A program made the position numbers and the translations under genes. This document shows positions 30,064-40,191 of a stretch of DNA of 64,000 bases, piece after piece. Origin of the DNA: an uncultured bacterium. GTDB lineage: Bacteria > JAGOEH01. Positions within the stretch are counted from its first letter, which is position 1, and each line of letters begins with the position of its first letter. Below the pieces are notes generated by a model. It was not told the origin of the DNA and did no database searches. It worked only from the letters and a program-made list of their open reading frames with translations. The stretch is from contig CAZWDO010000017.1 of the NCBI GenBank assembly GCA_964632485.1, forward strand, positions 1 through 64,000. Direction: 5' to 3'.

Positions 30064-32538
30064 TTGCAGCGGTTTTTTTACGTTTTCTTTTTTGGTTTGA
30101 TTTCAGTCGGTTTTGCCTGGCAACCGCTGGATAGTCTGAAGCTTGCCGTAAATCAAGCTCAAACCGATTCCCTACGTATGCAAGCCTTGGGTCATCTCTA
30201 TCAATTGTATTTCGATCGACAATTGTACTGGGATGCCAACCAGACTGCGAATGAAATGTTGGAGATCGCCGAGAACACTCAATCGTTACCCGATAAGGCT
30301 CGCGCCTGGGAATCCTTGAGCAATGCGCTGGCGAATATGTTTGATATAAAAAACGCTATTTATTTCGCGGACTTAAGCCTTCAAGCCTGGCGATCGCTAC
30401 CCGATACATTGGCCATGGTTCGGGTTTATAGCTTGATAGCCCGTTGTATGCATATTGATCCCCGGTCACTTGATTTATGTCTTCCTTATCTAAAACAATA
30501 TGAACAATTGGGATTAAACAGTTCCGATAGTTTGCTGAAAGCCAGCATGAAATTTGAATTAGCCCGGCATCTCATTTTTTTTGACATGAATAAATCGTTG
30601 ACCTATTTCTATGAATCTCTATCATATTTTAGAAACTCGGGACAATATAAAACATTAGTGCAGATGCTTATTATGGGCATACAGATTTCATGGCATCAGG
30701 GCGATTCTTTAAATGCTGACCGCTATCTTCGAGAATATCGGCAAACTCTGAATGAGATCAGCGATACAACCGTTATTCTGAATAGTTTATTCCATTTAAG
30801 TGAAGCCTACTCTAATATAACACGCTATGCCGAAGGCATTTCTGTATGTGATGAAATCTTTCAAAAGTATCGCCCGGATGATTTGTCATTGAAACTCAGG
30901 GGGGATGTCTATGGCAACATGGGATTCATCTATCATACGCTTGAAAACTTTACTACTGCCAAGCAATATTATCAGGAAGCCATAAATTCTTTTGAGGCTG
31001 CCAATTACCCGGTCGATGTCGCCACTTTTAAAAATAATCTCGGATTGCTATACTCTGAAATAAACCAGCCCGACAGCGCTTTCACTTATCTTTTTGATGC
31101 TCTTGATCTTATGGGGAAAAATCATAATGGGTTCGGTATCTATAACACGATTAATAGTATTGGTACGGTCTATTATAATCTTGAAGAGTTTGAGCAGGCT
31201 CTTGAATACTATAAGAAAGCCATGAAATTGGAAGAATTGGCTCCCCATCATACGTTTACCCGAATCTTTAAAATTGATGTGGGAAAAACCTATTATCAAA
31301 TGGGGGAAAAAGATAAAGCCCTGAAATATCTGGAGTCCGGAATCCAACGTATGCCGTTTGATAACGCCAACCGTCAGTATCTACTCACAGCTTATGATTT
31401 ATTATCAAAAATTTATAAAGAACGCAAGGATATAGCTCAGTCCCTTTATTTTCTGGAACACTATTCCCTTTTAAAGGATTCCCTGAATCAGGCTGAGCGT
31501 TCGGAAATTTTAGTTAAAATGAGTAATCGCGAGGAATTAGCCACGAAAGAAGCTGAGATTGAATTATTGAAAAAAGAGAAATTAATCCAAAGCCTGGCGC
31601 TGGGCCGGCGCCAATCGATGATTTATACCGCAGGAATTTTGTTAGCGTTGATTTCAGGGCTGGTATTGTTGATCGCCAACCGGTACCGGTTGAAAAACGA
31701 GGCCCACAAGAAATTAATTGTCATGAATAATAGAATACATGAACAAAACACCAAGATCATGAACGATTTGGAATTAGCCAAAAAACTCCAGTTCTCCCTC
31801 TTGCCAAAAAATTACCCATTGATTGACGGCATCAATTTTTTTGGACGTTTAATCCCCTCTGAAAGCCTTAGCGGTGATTTCTATGATGTTTTCCCGATTG
31901 ATGACAACCACATTGGTTTCTATATTTTGGATGTTTGCGGGCATGGCGTTTCTTCTGCGTTGATCACTGTTTTTGTGCGTGATTTTTTCGAAACGTTGAA
32001 GGATACTCCGCAAATGTTGAAACATCCCGATGACGTGTTGCAACGCCTGAACCAGAAAATGCTGGATGCTCGCTTTGAAAATGAACATTTTCGCTGGTAT
32101 CTCACGATGTGTTACGGATTTTTCAATATTAAAGAGTCCGTGTTTACTTACTCATCAGCGGCGCATAACTCTGTTTATCATATTCGCAACCATGATGGAA
32201 TTAAAATTAATAATATTTCCAGTCCCAATTTTGCTATTGGCTGGTTTCCCTATGCCGAATATCCTGTTAATCAGATTCATCTGCAGGCTTCTGATAAAAT
32301 TTTAATGTTGACCGATGGTGTTATCGAAGCAGAACGCAGTGAAACCGATGAACAGTTTGGCGCTGAGCGGCTCTTTGAATCAATAACTCAATCATTGCAG
32401 GAAATGAAGAAAAGGAATCTGGAAACTGATTATTTATTGGAACGCTTGCGTAAAGATGTGACGGTTTTTTCGGGTAAAGAGCAACCCTCCGATGATATTA
32501 CCATGTTTTTGATGGAGTTGGAGGATATCCATTTATAA
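30064..32538 (+). CDS. Membrane TPR-sensor PP2C/SpoIIE (RsbU-like) phosphatase
   Basis: Signal peptide, TPR repeats, one TM helix, coiled coil, LAKKLQFSLLP, SGDFYD, DVCGHG, LTDGVIEA, DDIT. Confidence 0.9.
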   Translation: MQRFFYVFFFGLISVGFAWQPLDSLKLAVNQAQTDSLRMQALGHLYQLYFDRQLYWDANQTANEMLEIAENTQSLPDKARAWESLSNALANMFDIKNAIYFADLSLQAWRSLPDTLAMVRVYSLIARCMHIDPRSLDLCLPYLKQYEQLGLNSSDSLLKASMKFELARHLIFFDMNKSLTYFYESLSYFRNSGQYKTLVQMLIMGIQISWHQGDSLNADRYLREYRQTLNEISDTTVILNSLFHLSEAYSNITRYAEGISVCDEIFQKYRPDDLSLKLRGDVYGNMGFIYHTLENFTTAKQYYQEAINSFEAANYPVDVATFKNNLGLLYSEINQPDSAFTYLFDALDLMGKNHNGFGIYNTINSIGTVYYNLEEFEQALEYYKKAMKLEELAPHHTFTRIFKIDVGKTYYQMGEKDKALKYLESGIQRMPFDNANRQYLLTAYDLLSKIYKERKDIAQSLYFLEHYSLLKDSLNQAERSEILVKMSNREELATKEAEIELLKKEKLIQSLALGRRQSMIYTAGILLALISGLVLLIANRYRLKNEAHKKLIVMNNRIHEQNTKIMNDLELAKKLQFSLLPKNYPLIDGINFFGRLIPSESLSGDFYDVFPIDDNHIGFYILDVCGHGVSSALITVFVRDFFETLKDTPQMLKHPDDVLQRLNQKMLDARFENEHFRWYLTMCYGFFNIKESVFTYSSAAHNSVYHIRNHDGIKINNISSPNFAIGWFPYAEYPVNQIHLQASDKILMLTDGVIEAERSETDEQFGAERLFESITQSLQEMKKRNLETDYLLERLRKDVTVFSGKEQPSDDITMFLMELEDIHL

Positions 32539-32547
32539 CGAATTGAA

Positions 32548-33582
32548 TTATCGTGTGGGCAGAATTTCACCCCGATTGGATATAGTTAATCCCGATTCAG
32601 GAATTTTAGCTGACAATTCTTGCAGCAATTCAATCGTGTAGAAGGTTGAGTCATATACCGGGACTCCTTTTTCCGCTCCCAGTTTTTTTTGTTTCATCGG
32701 TACAATATTTCCATTTTGAAATTTCCCTTCATGGTCGATAGTGAGGTTCAAAATCAGGGTATATTGATTGAATCCGCTGGTATTGAATGATCCGTGCGTC
32801 AGGAAATTACCCAGTGAAAAGGCGATCAAGCGGTTTTTATAGAGTTTGATACCGCGTACTACATGCGGGCCATGTCCTAAAATCAGATCCGCGCCGGAAT
32901 CGATGGCGCGATGGCAAAAACGGTAAAAATTTCCGCGGTTCTCTCCAACCATCGTTTCATTCGCATCGGCAATATAGCGGGCCTTGCTGCCCTCACCCCC
33001 GCCATGCGCGCTGATAATCACGACCCGTCCTTTTTGCTTTTCTTGCTGAATCATTTCCAATAGCAGGTTTTCATCGTAAAGATAACTGAGATGTTGCTGC
33101 CGCCAACTGATGCCAAATAAACTGAGGGGAATGCCGTTAATGGTCACTGTATCGATCGTTTTTCCCGAGCCAATTGGCAAGATGCCAACCTGCGTCAATA
33201 ATCGTCGACTCTCTTCCAATCCTTTGACTCCGAAATCGGTACTATGGTTGTTGGCAAGTGTCATTACGTTAAATCCCAATGTCTTAAGAATCTCGGCATA
33301 GCGGGGGGGGATGCGGAAAGCATAACTTTTTCCGGCAATCAATTTCTTTGAACAGGTGGTGGATGATGTTAGTGGGCCTTCCAGATTCCCCATCACCAGA
33401 TGCGGATTGCCTTCTTTCAGCAAAGGCCCCAAATGGCTCAAATCTGCCTCGGGTAGTTCCGAATGATAATCACTGTGCGGCATTACGTCACCCGTTGCCT
33501 GTATTCTGAGTGTGTTGGCTTTTAGTGTGTAATAATTTAATGATACCAGCGTTAGCAGGATTATAATTCGCAGCATCAGCAT
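32548..33582 (-). CDS. CapA / PGA_cap family metallophosphoesterase
   Basis: TGDVM, GNLEGP, LANNHSTDFG, SAHGG, GHGPHV, FSLGNF. Confidence 0.88.
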   Translation of the reverse strand: MLMLRIIILLTLVSLNYYTLKANTLRIQATGDVMPHSDYHSELPEADLSHLGPLLKEGNPHLVMGNLEGPLTSSTTCSKKLIAGKSYAFRIPPRYAEILKTLGFNVMTLANNHSTDFGVKGLEESRRLLTQVGILPIGSGKTIDTVTINGIPLSLFGISWRQQHLSYLYDENLLLEMIQQEKQKGRVVIISAHGGGEGSKARYIADANETMVGENRGNFYRFCHRAIDSGADLILGHGPHVVRGIKLYKNRLIAFSLGNFLTHGSFNTSGFNQYTLILNLTIDHEGKFQNGNIVPMKQKKLGAEKGVPVYDSTFYTIELLQELSAKIPESGLTISNRGEILPTR

Positions 33583-33805
33583 CTCCTGATTATATGGGTT
33601 TAATGGGGTTTGGTTTCACTCGATACATAATATAGCGAAATTAATTAAAAATGCAAGAAAAATCATGAATTTCGCAAATTTTAGCTTTATCCTCTACAAA
33701 ATCTATTGATAATGAACTGTAAATTAATTGAGGAATATCGCCCATATCCCGAGTCTCTTGAAACAACAATCCTCAAATCGAATAGACTAAATATAAAGAA
33801 AAGCC

Positions 33806-33833
33806 TTGACTTTAAGAGGTTTTTTTTTATATT
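33806..33833 (+). promoter_or_regulatory. Putative sigma70-type promoter of the DUF2279-GT2-Wzi operon
   Basis: TTGACT-N16-TATATT. Confidence 0.55.
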
Positions 33834-33926
33834 TACGCTTATGAACATATTGATGAATTCAGAATGAGGACTTTAGAGAATGAATGAGGAATGAATGAAC
33901 AATAGGTCAATGGCGGCAGGCGCTCG

Positions 33927-34805
33927 ATGACGCGTATTATTTTTTACGCTGTTTTACTTGGAATTTTAAGTGTTGTGGGCGATTGTCTTTATGCGCTTGA
34001 TCTATCTGAGAACTTTTTGGAGGAACCCCGTCGTAAGGTGAATTACAAGATATTGGGAGGTTTGGGGAGTATCTATGTTGGGACCGCAGTCGGTATCCAT
34101 ATATATCAGGCCGATGCCTGGTGGAGTGGACAGCGGACGTCGTTCCATTTCCAGAATGACTGGGAATATGCGCTTTGGCAGGATAAGCTGGGGCACATGT
34201 ATGCCGCTTATTTGACTCAACATATTTGCAGCGGTTGGTTTGAGGCCGCCGGAGTTTCGCCGGTCCGCACTCTTTGGACCTCGGCGCTATTAGCTTTTGC
34301 TTTTGAAACTTGGATTGAGATTGAAGACGGATTCGGCCCCCAATGGGGATTTAGCCCGGGGGATTTTACAGCCAATACGGTGGGCGCTTTTTTACCCGTA
34401 GTTCAATATTATGCGCCGGCGCTATCGTATTTTATGTACAAAATCAGCTATTATCCCAAGAATTTTGGCAAAGATATGGGTGGGGGACATAAACCAATTG
34501 TCAGCGATGATTATGAAGGACAAAAATATTGGATTGCGCCCCGCATCCACCCGTTATTACCTGCAAGCTGGCAGGATGATTTGCCTCCCTGGCTGACAGT
34601 GGCTGTGGGAACAAGTGTCAGTGATTTGGACGGTTCTGGCGGCGGTCACCGCGATTGGTATCTGGCCTTGGATTTAGATGTGGAAGCTATCCCTTTGAAA
34701 GGACCTGTATGGAATTATATCAAACGCACGTTCAACAAAATTCATCTGCCCCTGCCAGGGGTGCGCTTGACTCGCAAGAAAGCATTTTCCCTTTTTTGCT
34801 ATTAA
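33927..34805 (+). CDS. DUF2279 / YfiM-like protein
   Basis: FHFQND, QDKLGH, IEIEDGF, WGFSPGDFTANTVG, DDYEGQKYW, YLALDLD. Confidence 0.78.
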   Translation: MTRIIFYAVLLGILSVVGDCLYALDLSENFLEEPRRKVNYKILGGLGSIYVGTAVGIHIYQADAWWSGQRTSFHFQNDWEYALWQDKLGHMYAAYLTQHICSGWFEAAGVSPVRTLWTSALLAFAFETWIEIEDGFGPQWGFSPGDFTANTVGAFLPVVQYYAPALSYFMYKISYYPKNFGKDMGGGHKPIVSDDYEGQKYWIAPRIHPLLPASWQDDLPPWLTVAVGTSVSDLDGSGGGHRDWYLALDLDVEAIPLKGPVWNYIKRTFNKIHLPLPGVRLTRKKAFSLFCY

Positions 34806-34816
34806 ATCCCCTCACC

Positions 34817-35545
34817 GTGCGTTATAGTCTCATCATTCCCACTCTGAACGAAGAAAAACTTCTGCCGGGACTACTTAACCAAATTTGTCAAATTGAATAT
34901 CAAAAAAAGTATTTGTATGAAGTGATTATTGCCGATGGGGGGAGTACGGATAATACGTTGACTTTGGCCCGCGAATTCCCTTGTTTTATCTCCTCCGATT
35001 GCGATACGGGTTCCCAAAATATTGCCAAAGGGCGCAATCAGGGCGCATCTTCCGCCCGCGGGGAAATTCTTATTTTCCTCAATGCGGATGTCCGTATGCC
35101 CGATGTTGATCATTTTTTTACTGTTTTTAATCGTGAGTTCTATCAATCTCCTTCCGGAGCCATGACCTGCCGGGTAGAAGTATTCCCGGATGAACGGAAA
35201 TGGAGCGATACCTTGTTCCATGCCTTTTATAATCAATATTTTTATATGCTCAATCGATGTGGAGTTGGGATGGGACGGGGAGAATGCCAGATTGTCCGCC
35301 GCTCGGTTTTTGAGGAAGTCGGTGGTTATAACGATAATCTGGCCGCCGGTGAGGATTTTGATCTTTTTCGTCGAATTCGTCGCCACTATCCGGTCTATTT
35401 TTGTAAAAAACTGGTAATTTTTGAATCACCCCGGCGCTATCGCCATTATGGCTACTGGAAAGTCGCCTGGCAATGGACAAAAAATGCCCTTTCAGTCATG
35501 TTGCGAAACCGATCCTATTCCAATGAGTGGGAACCGATTCGCTAA
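34817..35545 (+). CDS. Glycosyltransferase family 2
   Basis: SLIIPTLNEE, IIADGGSTD, GRNQGA, FLNAD, GGY...ED, SPRR; GTG start chosen after the upstream stop. Confidence 0.88.
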   Translation: MRYSLIIPTLNEEKLLPGLLNQICQIEYQKKYLYEVIIADGGSTDNTLTLAREFPCFISSDCDTGSQNIAKGRNQGASSARGEILIFLNADVRMPDVDHFFTVFNREFYQSPSGAMTCRVEVFPDERKWSDTLFHAFYNQYFYMLNRCGVGMGRGECQIVRRSVFEEVGGYNDNLAAGEDFDLFRRIRRHYPVYFCKKLVIFESPRRYRHYGYWKVAWQWTKNALSVMLRNRSYSNEWEPIR

Positions 35546-37166
35546 ATTGCGGACAGATGCCCTTTATGGCATTCTGTTCGGGGTGATTTTTTTTTACAAT
35601 CACCTTTCGGCGTTTGATTCATGGCGCGATGAACGACTCTACTTTTACTTTGAACGCTTAACAGCGTCTCATAATATAGCCCCGGTTGCGCCGTTTCATC
35701 AGCCCCTGGGATACGAAAACCTTCGCGCTATTTTTAAGCATCTTAACACGGAGGCGCTGAATAGTGAGCAACTCTCCGGATATTGGTTTTTTACCCAACA
35801 ATTCAATCCCGATTCACTGCTTTCCGACGCTCGCTCTCCTTCAAACTGGCGTTCATTAATTTCACAATCCAATAAATCGTTTCTATATTGGTCCCATCCG
35901 GAGAAAGGGATTCTGGCCATTCATCTGCTTGGAAATAGCGGTACCATCAGCCGGATTTCCCCGGATGAGCAGCTCGCTCCCTATATCCGTTTCGGCGGTT
36001 CTATCGAGGGCTATATGCCGGCTCTTCATCTTTCTTTTTCAATCCGGGGATACAATGGAATCGTTCTGGCAAATAAACAGTTAGCCTTGCATAAACGTGA
36101 ATTTTCCTATACCTATAAATTAAGTGAGACTGAAGAAAGCGCTTATCTGGACGATACGGCCGGCGAACTGGTTTTTGAAAATTCGCAGTTATATATGAGT
36201 TTGGGGCGTAATCATTTTAAAGTGGGGTATGGTGAATTAACGCCGCTTTGGGGAACTAATCACCCCCCCTGCGATCGGTTGTTTATGAAATTACTTCTCG
36301 ACCCGCTTGAAATGACCGCAATTCATGCCAAATTGATGGGGGAAGAGATCATGATAGCCGATTCGATCCGCGGTGGAGTTCGCCAGATTTCTGAAAAGTA
36401 TTTCGCTTATCATCGCTTCGCATTCAATTTGGGCAGGTACACGCAAATTGCCGCCGGCGAAATGGTCATTTACGCGGAACGAGGACTTGATCTTTCTTAT
36501 TTGAATCCGTTTCAGTTTTATAAATCAGCGGAACACAACAACCGTGATCGGGATAATACGGTATTATTTCTGGATTTTTTTACAAATTGCTGGCGAAATT
36601 GGCGATTTTTCGCCGTTTTTATGTTGGATGACATGAATTTCTCTTACCTGGGGACCGACTGGTGGGGAAATAAAACCCTGTGGCACCTGGGCGCTATATG
36701 CTATGAAATGGAACGCTGGACCCCTCTGAGCTTATCGGTCGAGTACTTGCGCATTTCTCCCTATTTCTTTAGCCATCGACTGGCTAACCGTAATTTCTCA
36801 ACTTCAAGGTATCCCCTGGGTAATGATATCCAGCCAAATAGCGATTATAGCCTGGGAACTATCAAATGGATGCCGGATGCTCGTTGGTTTTGTAAATTTA
36901 AGCTGGGATTTTTACGGCATGGCGCTAATTTTACAGCCGAAAATGATTCCCTCGTCAATACCGGCGGCGATATTAACCTGGGACATCGCGAGTTCGATAG
37001 CGAATCGGCTCGTTTTCTCGCCGGTGATTTGCAATGCTATTGGGATTGGGGTATTGAGTGCGAATGGGAACCCATTCGTAACTGGTTCGTCAGAAGTTCG
37101 GTCGTTGGGTCTCAACAACCGAACTCCAGCGTTTTCTTTTATCTTGATTGGACTATCTGGTTTTAA
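35523..37166 (+). CDS. Capsule assembly Wzi-like outer-membrane protein
   Basis: LGR...GYG, KYFAYHR, GEMVIY, YLNP...AEH..DRDN, LDD, GNK, EY.RI.PY...H motifs; terminal F. Confidence 0.7.
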   Translation: MSGNRFAKLRTDALYGILFGVIFFYNHLSAFDSWRDERLYFYFERLTASHNIAPVAPFHQPLGYENLRAIFKHLNTEALNSEQLSGYWFFTQQFNPDSLLSDARSPSNWRSLISQSNKSFLYWSHPEKGILAIHLLGNSGTISRISPDEQLAPYIRFGGSIEGYMPALHLSFSIRGYNGIVLANKQLALHKREFSYTYKLSETEESAYLDDTAGELVFENSQLYMSLGRNHFKVGYGELTPLWGTNHPPCDRLFMKLLLDPLEMTAIHAKLMGEEIMIADSIRGGVRQISEKYFAYHRFAFNLGRYTQIAAGEMVIYAERGLDLSYLNPFQFYKSAEHNNRDRDNTVLFLDFFTNCWRNWRFFAVFMLDDMNFSYLGTDWWGNKTLWHLGAICYEMERWTPLSLSVEYLRISPYFFSHRLANRNFSTSRYPLGNDIQPNSDYSLGTIKWMPDARWFCKFKLGFLRHGANFTAENDSLVNTGGDINLGHREFDSESARFLAGDLQCYWDWGIECEWEPIRNWFVRSSVVGSQQPNSSVFFYLDWTIWF

Positions 37167-38020
37167 TCGATCATAATCACTAAGTATTGAACTTTACGGA
37201 ACTCTTCAATATTAACAACTTTAAGTACCGTAATTCCTTCCTGTTCCTCTTCAAGTGTAAAGGCGTTTATATTTTGGGGTGACATGATCTTTACCTTCTT
37301 CTTGGGATGATCGATTGTCAGTATTGAGTCGCTCGTCAAATCAAAACTTGTAAATTTGGCCAAGTCCAGATCACTGGTAATTTTAGCGACCTTGCGCATT
37401 CCCAGTATTCCGCCTTTTTCCTCTATAATACCCATATTCTTTAATTCTTTTTTGACATTGATAATATAATAGATGGTATTGAGAGCTTGGCTCTGATCCT
37501 TAATCACGGTGTTCTTTTGGGAGATTTCCTGCTGCTGGCCCGTAATAACTTCTCCTAATTTGGAGATATCGGTTTTTAGACTATCGATTGTCCCTTGTAA
37601 AAAGGTGATTTGATTTTCATAGCCAATTATTTTTTCACGAAGTTGAACGATCATTTTATCAAGTGAACTGATCTTTACCCCGCGATTTTTACTCTCTTCT
37701 TCAAGCAGTTTGATGCGGGCTTTGCTTTCCTCAATAATCGATTCCATCTGTTTAATGCGATTATTGATTCGTTCACGCTGGTTTTCCTCGGTTTGTCCAT
37801 TTTCCAAATCCAGATTGAGTTGTTCCAACATGTGATTGCGATTGAATACATAACTCAAGGTATCATCGATACTATTCACCATGGTGATGGTTGAATCGTA
37901 AAAAGCGGTAATGGTTTGTTTTTCCTGCGCTAATTGCTTCTTGTCCTGATTTAAACGATAAAGGAAAAACGCTAACACCACAATCACAACCGCCAGAACG
38001 GGGATAATCATTTTTTTCAT
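37163..38020 (-). CDS. Membrane-anchored coiled-coil protein (Cbp1-like family, tentative)
   Basis: N-terminal TM, long heptad region, C-terminal YYII..KKELK..GI...GG.LG...YLVI domain. Confidence 0.55.
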   Translation of the reverse strand: MKKMIIPVLAVVIVVLAFFLYRLNQDKKQLAQEKQTITAFYDSTITMVNSIDDTLSYVFNRNHMLEQLNLDLENGQTEENQRERINNRIKQMESIIEESKARIKLLEEESKNRGVKISSLDKMIVQLREKIIGYENQITFLQGTIDSLKTDISKLGEVITGQQQEISQKNTVIKDQSQALNTIYYIINVKKELKNMGIIEEKGGILGMRKVAKITSDLDLAKFTSFDLTSDSILTIDHPKKKVKIMSPQNINAFTLEEEQEGITVLKVVNIEEFRKVQYLVIMID

Positions 38021-38406
38021 GCAGACTCCTTGTAATAAATGTTTTTATGTTGACGAAAAAAAGGGTTCAAATAATATAACCAAAAGAGGGGCGCCATTAA
38101 TGGAGAGGCAAATACCATTAAAAATGCCCAAGTCAGCTTTCGGGTCTTAGTCCATTGCGGGAAATAGAATACGTACAGGATAAAAAAAACGGTGATGATG
38201 ATATGCCAAACTGAAAGATAAATAAGAGATTGACGTAACCATAGATAGGCATCATGGATTTGAGGCCAGGAATACCAGGGTTGGTCTATGACTATACCTT
38301 GTACTTGAAAGTACAGCAGTATCAGTACGCCCAGCGTATCCAATGTCAGACTCCAGCATAAAATTCCACAGGTTAAATGCAGAAAACTGCGCCATTTTTT
38401 TAGCAT
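38017..38406 (-). CDS. Hypothetical membrane protein (about 3 TM)
   Basis: Hydrophobic ORF; 4-bp overlap with the downstream gene and 4-bp gap to the upstream gene. Confidence 0.6.
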   Translation of the reverse strand: MLKKWRSFLHLTCGILCWSLTLDTLGVLILLYFQVQGIVIDQPWYSWPQIHDAYLWLRQSLIYLSVWHIIITVFFILYVFYFPQWTKTRKLTWAFLMVFASPLMAPLFWLYYLNPFFRQHKNIYYKESA

Positions 38407-38410
38407 AACA

Positions 38411-39676
38411 TCAATCGGGCAATAAAAATAAACTAAGCTCGGGAATATAGGTGATCAGCATCAACGCAATTAACAGGAGTATAATATAAGGGATTGATGC
38501 TTTATAAACATTAATGATCGATTGGTTGAAACGAAATGAGGAGAGAAAAAGATTGAGTCCGACGGGAGGCGTTAAGTATCCGATTTCCAGATTGGTTAAA
38601 AAAATGATACCCAAATGCACTGGGTTGATATTGAACTCCCGGGCAACCGGTAATATAATGGGAACAACTACCATAATAGCGGAAAAAATATCCATCATAC
38701 AGCCGACAACGATTAAAAAGAGATTGAGTAGTATTAAAAAAACCAATTTGCTGGAAATATAAACCTCGATCCATTCAAAAAGCTTCATGGGTATCTCTTC
38801 ATCAATAAGATAGTTGGTCAATCCCAGCGCCATGCCCATGATAATCAAGATACCGCCGACCATGACCATACTTTCCTGGATAATCGGCAATAAATTTTTT
38901 TTGATGGAAAGATCTTTTTTTATAAAGAATTCGACGATAAACACATAGATCGCTGTTATGACAGCCGCTTCATTAATGGTGATAATGCCTTTAAGAATAA
39001 ATAAAAGGATCATGCCGGGAATCGGGATTTCCCAGGCTACGTCTTTAATCGCATTGCCGAAGAGTTTCCAGGAAAAGGACACCTTCTGTTGAGCGACCGG
39101 TGGGGCTTGAGTCAGAGCATAGACGGATAGAATGATAATGAGTAAAAATCCGGGGATTAAGCCGGCAATAAATAATTGTTCAATACTGGTTTCGCTAAAA
39201 ATCCCGTAGAGAATGATCGGGAGACTGGGAGGGAAGAGTAAACCCAGACTGCCGGAAGTGGTGACCAAACCCAGCGCAAATTTTTCCCGATAGTGTTGCT
39301 GAATCAGGATAGGATAAACTAATCCGCCAATGGCAATGATAGTGACACCGGAAGCGCCGGTAAAAGCCGTAAAGAGAGCGCAAATCAGCAGCGTCATGAT
39401 AGCCAGACCTCCCCGTAAATGGGCAAAAAGCTGTTCTGATAAGTGGATCAGCCGTCGGGGCGCATTGCTTTCGGATAAAATATACCCGGCAAAGGTAAAA
39501 AAAGGGATGGCCAGCAACATTGGCGTTGTGGTAATACGGTACATTTCGATAATAATAGCCGATATGTCAATATCGGCCGCGGCAAACAAAATCAGGGCAA
39601 TGCTGCCAATTATAGCGAATAAAGGGGTTCTTAACAGGGCTAAAATTATCAGAACAGCAATCATTATCCACGTCAT
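38411..39676 (-). CDS. dctM: TRAP transporter large permease
   Basis: LLAIPFF, GSLGLLFPPS, LFIAGLIPG, HLGII, IGYLTPPVGLNLF. Confidence 0.93.
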   Translation of the reverse strand: MTWIMIAVLIILALLRTPLFAIIGSIALILFAAADIDISAIIIEMYRITTTPMLLAIPFFTFAGYILSESNAPRRLIHLSEQLFAHLRGGLAIMTLLICALFTAFTGASGVTIIAIGGLVYPILIQQHYREKFALGLVTTSGSLGLLFPPSLPIILYGIFSETSIEQLFIAGLIPGFLLIIILSVYALTQAPPVAQQKVSFSWKLFGNAIKDVAWEIPIPGMILLFILKGIITINEAAVITAIYVFIVEFFIKKDLSIKKNLLPIIQESMVMVGGILIIMGMALGLTNYLIDEEIPMKLFEWIEVYISSKLVFLILLNLFLIVVGCMMDIFSAIMVVVPIILPVAREFNINPVHLGIIFLTNLEIGYLTPPVGLNLFLSSFRFNQSIINVYKASIPYIILLLIALMLITYIPELSLFLLPD

Positions 39677-40191
39677 GGCGCGGGAACTCCTGTTTCTTCA
39701 TAGTGGGAAGTGGTTAATAAATTGATAATTCGGAGGAACAATCGCAACCCGATAAACGCAAAACCGATCGGAAGGACCAGTATAAAATACCAATTCTGCC
39801 AATTTAGGATAAAAGTGGTACTATACTCTTTTTCCATCGCAAGAAAATTCATGGAGGCTTTTGCCATAAAAAAAACAATGAGGATAGTGACCCCATAAGT
39901 CAAAATATAACTGATCCGTTTCCAATAGGGATTCAAAAACTTTGTGACCACTTCCATTCCGATAAAGCGATCGTTCCGAAGTCCCAGACTGGTGCCGAAA
40001 AGACAAAACCACAGAATCAGGTAACGCGTCAAAGGATCGATCCAGAGCAAACCACTATGGAAAAAATAGCGGAGGATAATTTGCAAGAGCATTAACGATA
40101 GGGATAATCCAAGAGAGATGGCCAATAGTGATTTTTCAATCACTGTCAGCAATCGGTCAATTTGGTGAATTGTTTTTTGCGCGGAATTCAT
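39673..40191 (-). CDS. dctQ: TRAP transporter small permease
   Basis: 4 TM, QIILRY, W...LTRYL.LW; lies between dctP and dctM. Confidence 0.88.
   Translation of the reverse strand: MNSAQKTIHQIDRLLTVIEKSLLAISLGLSLSLMLLQIILRYFFHSGLLWIDPLTRYLILWFCLFGTSLGLRNDRFIGMEVVTKFLNPYWKRISYILTYGVTILIVFFMAKASMNFLAMEKEYSTTFILNWQNWYFILVLPIGFAFIGLRLFLRIINLLTTSHYEETGVPAP

Noticed and set aside
34655-34816. N-terminal extension of the GT2 ORF (similarly 35421-35522 for Wzi and 46896-46940 for the Omp85 fusion)
   Set aside because: Longest-ORF artefacts overlapping upstream genes; domain or signal-peptide starts lie downstream. No evidence of a programmed frameshift.
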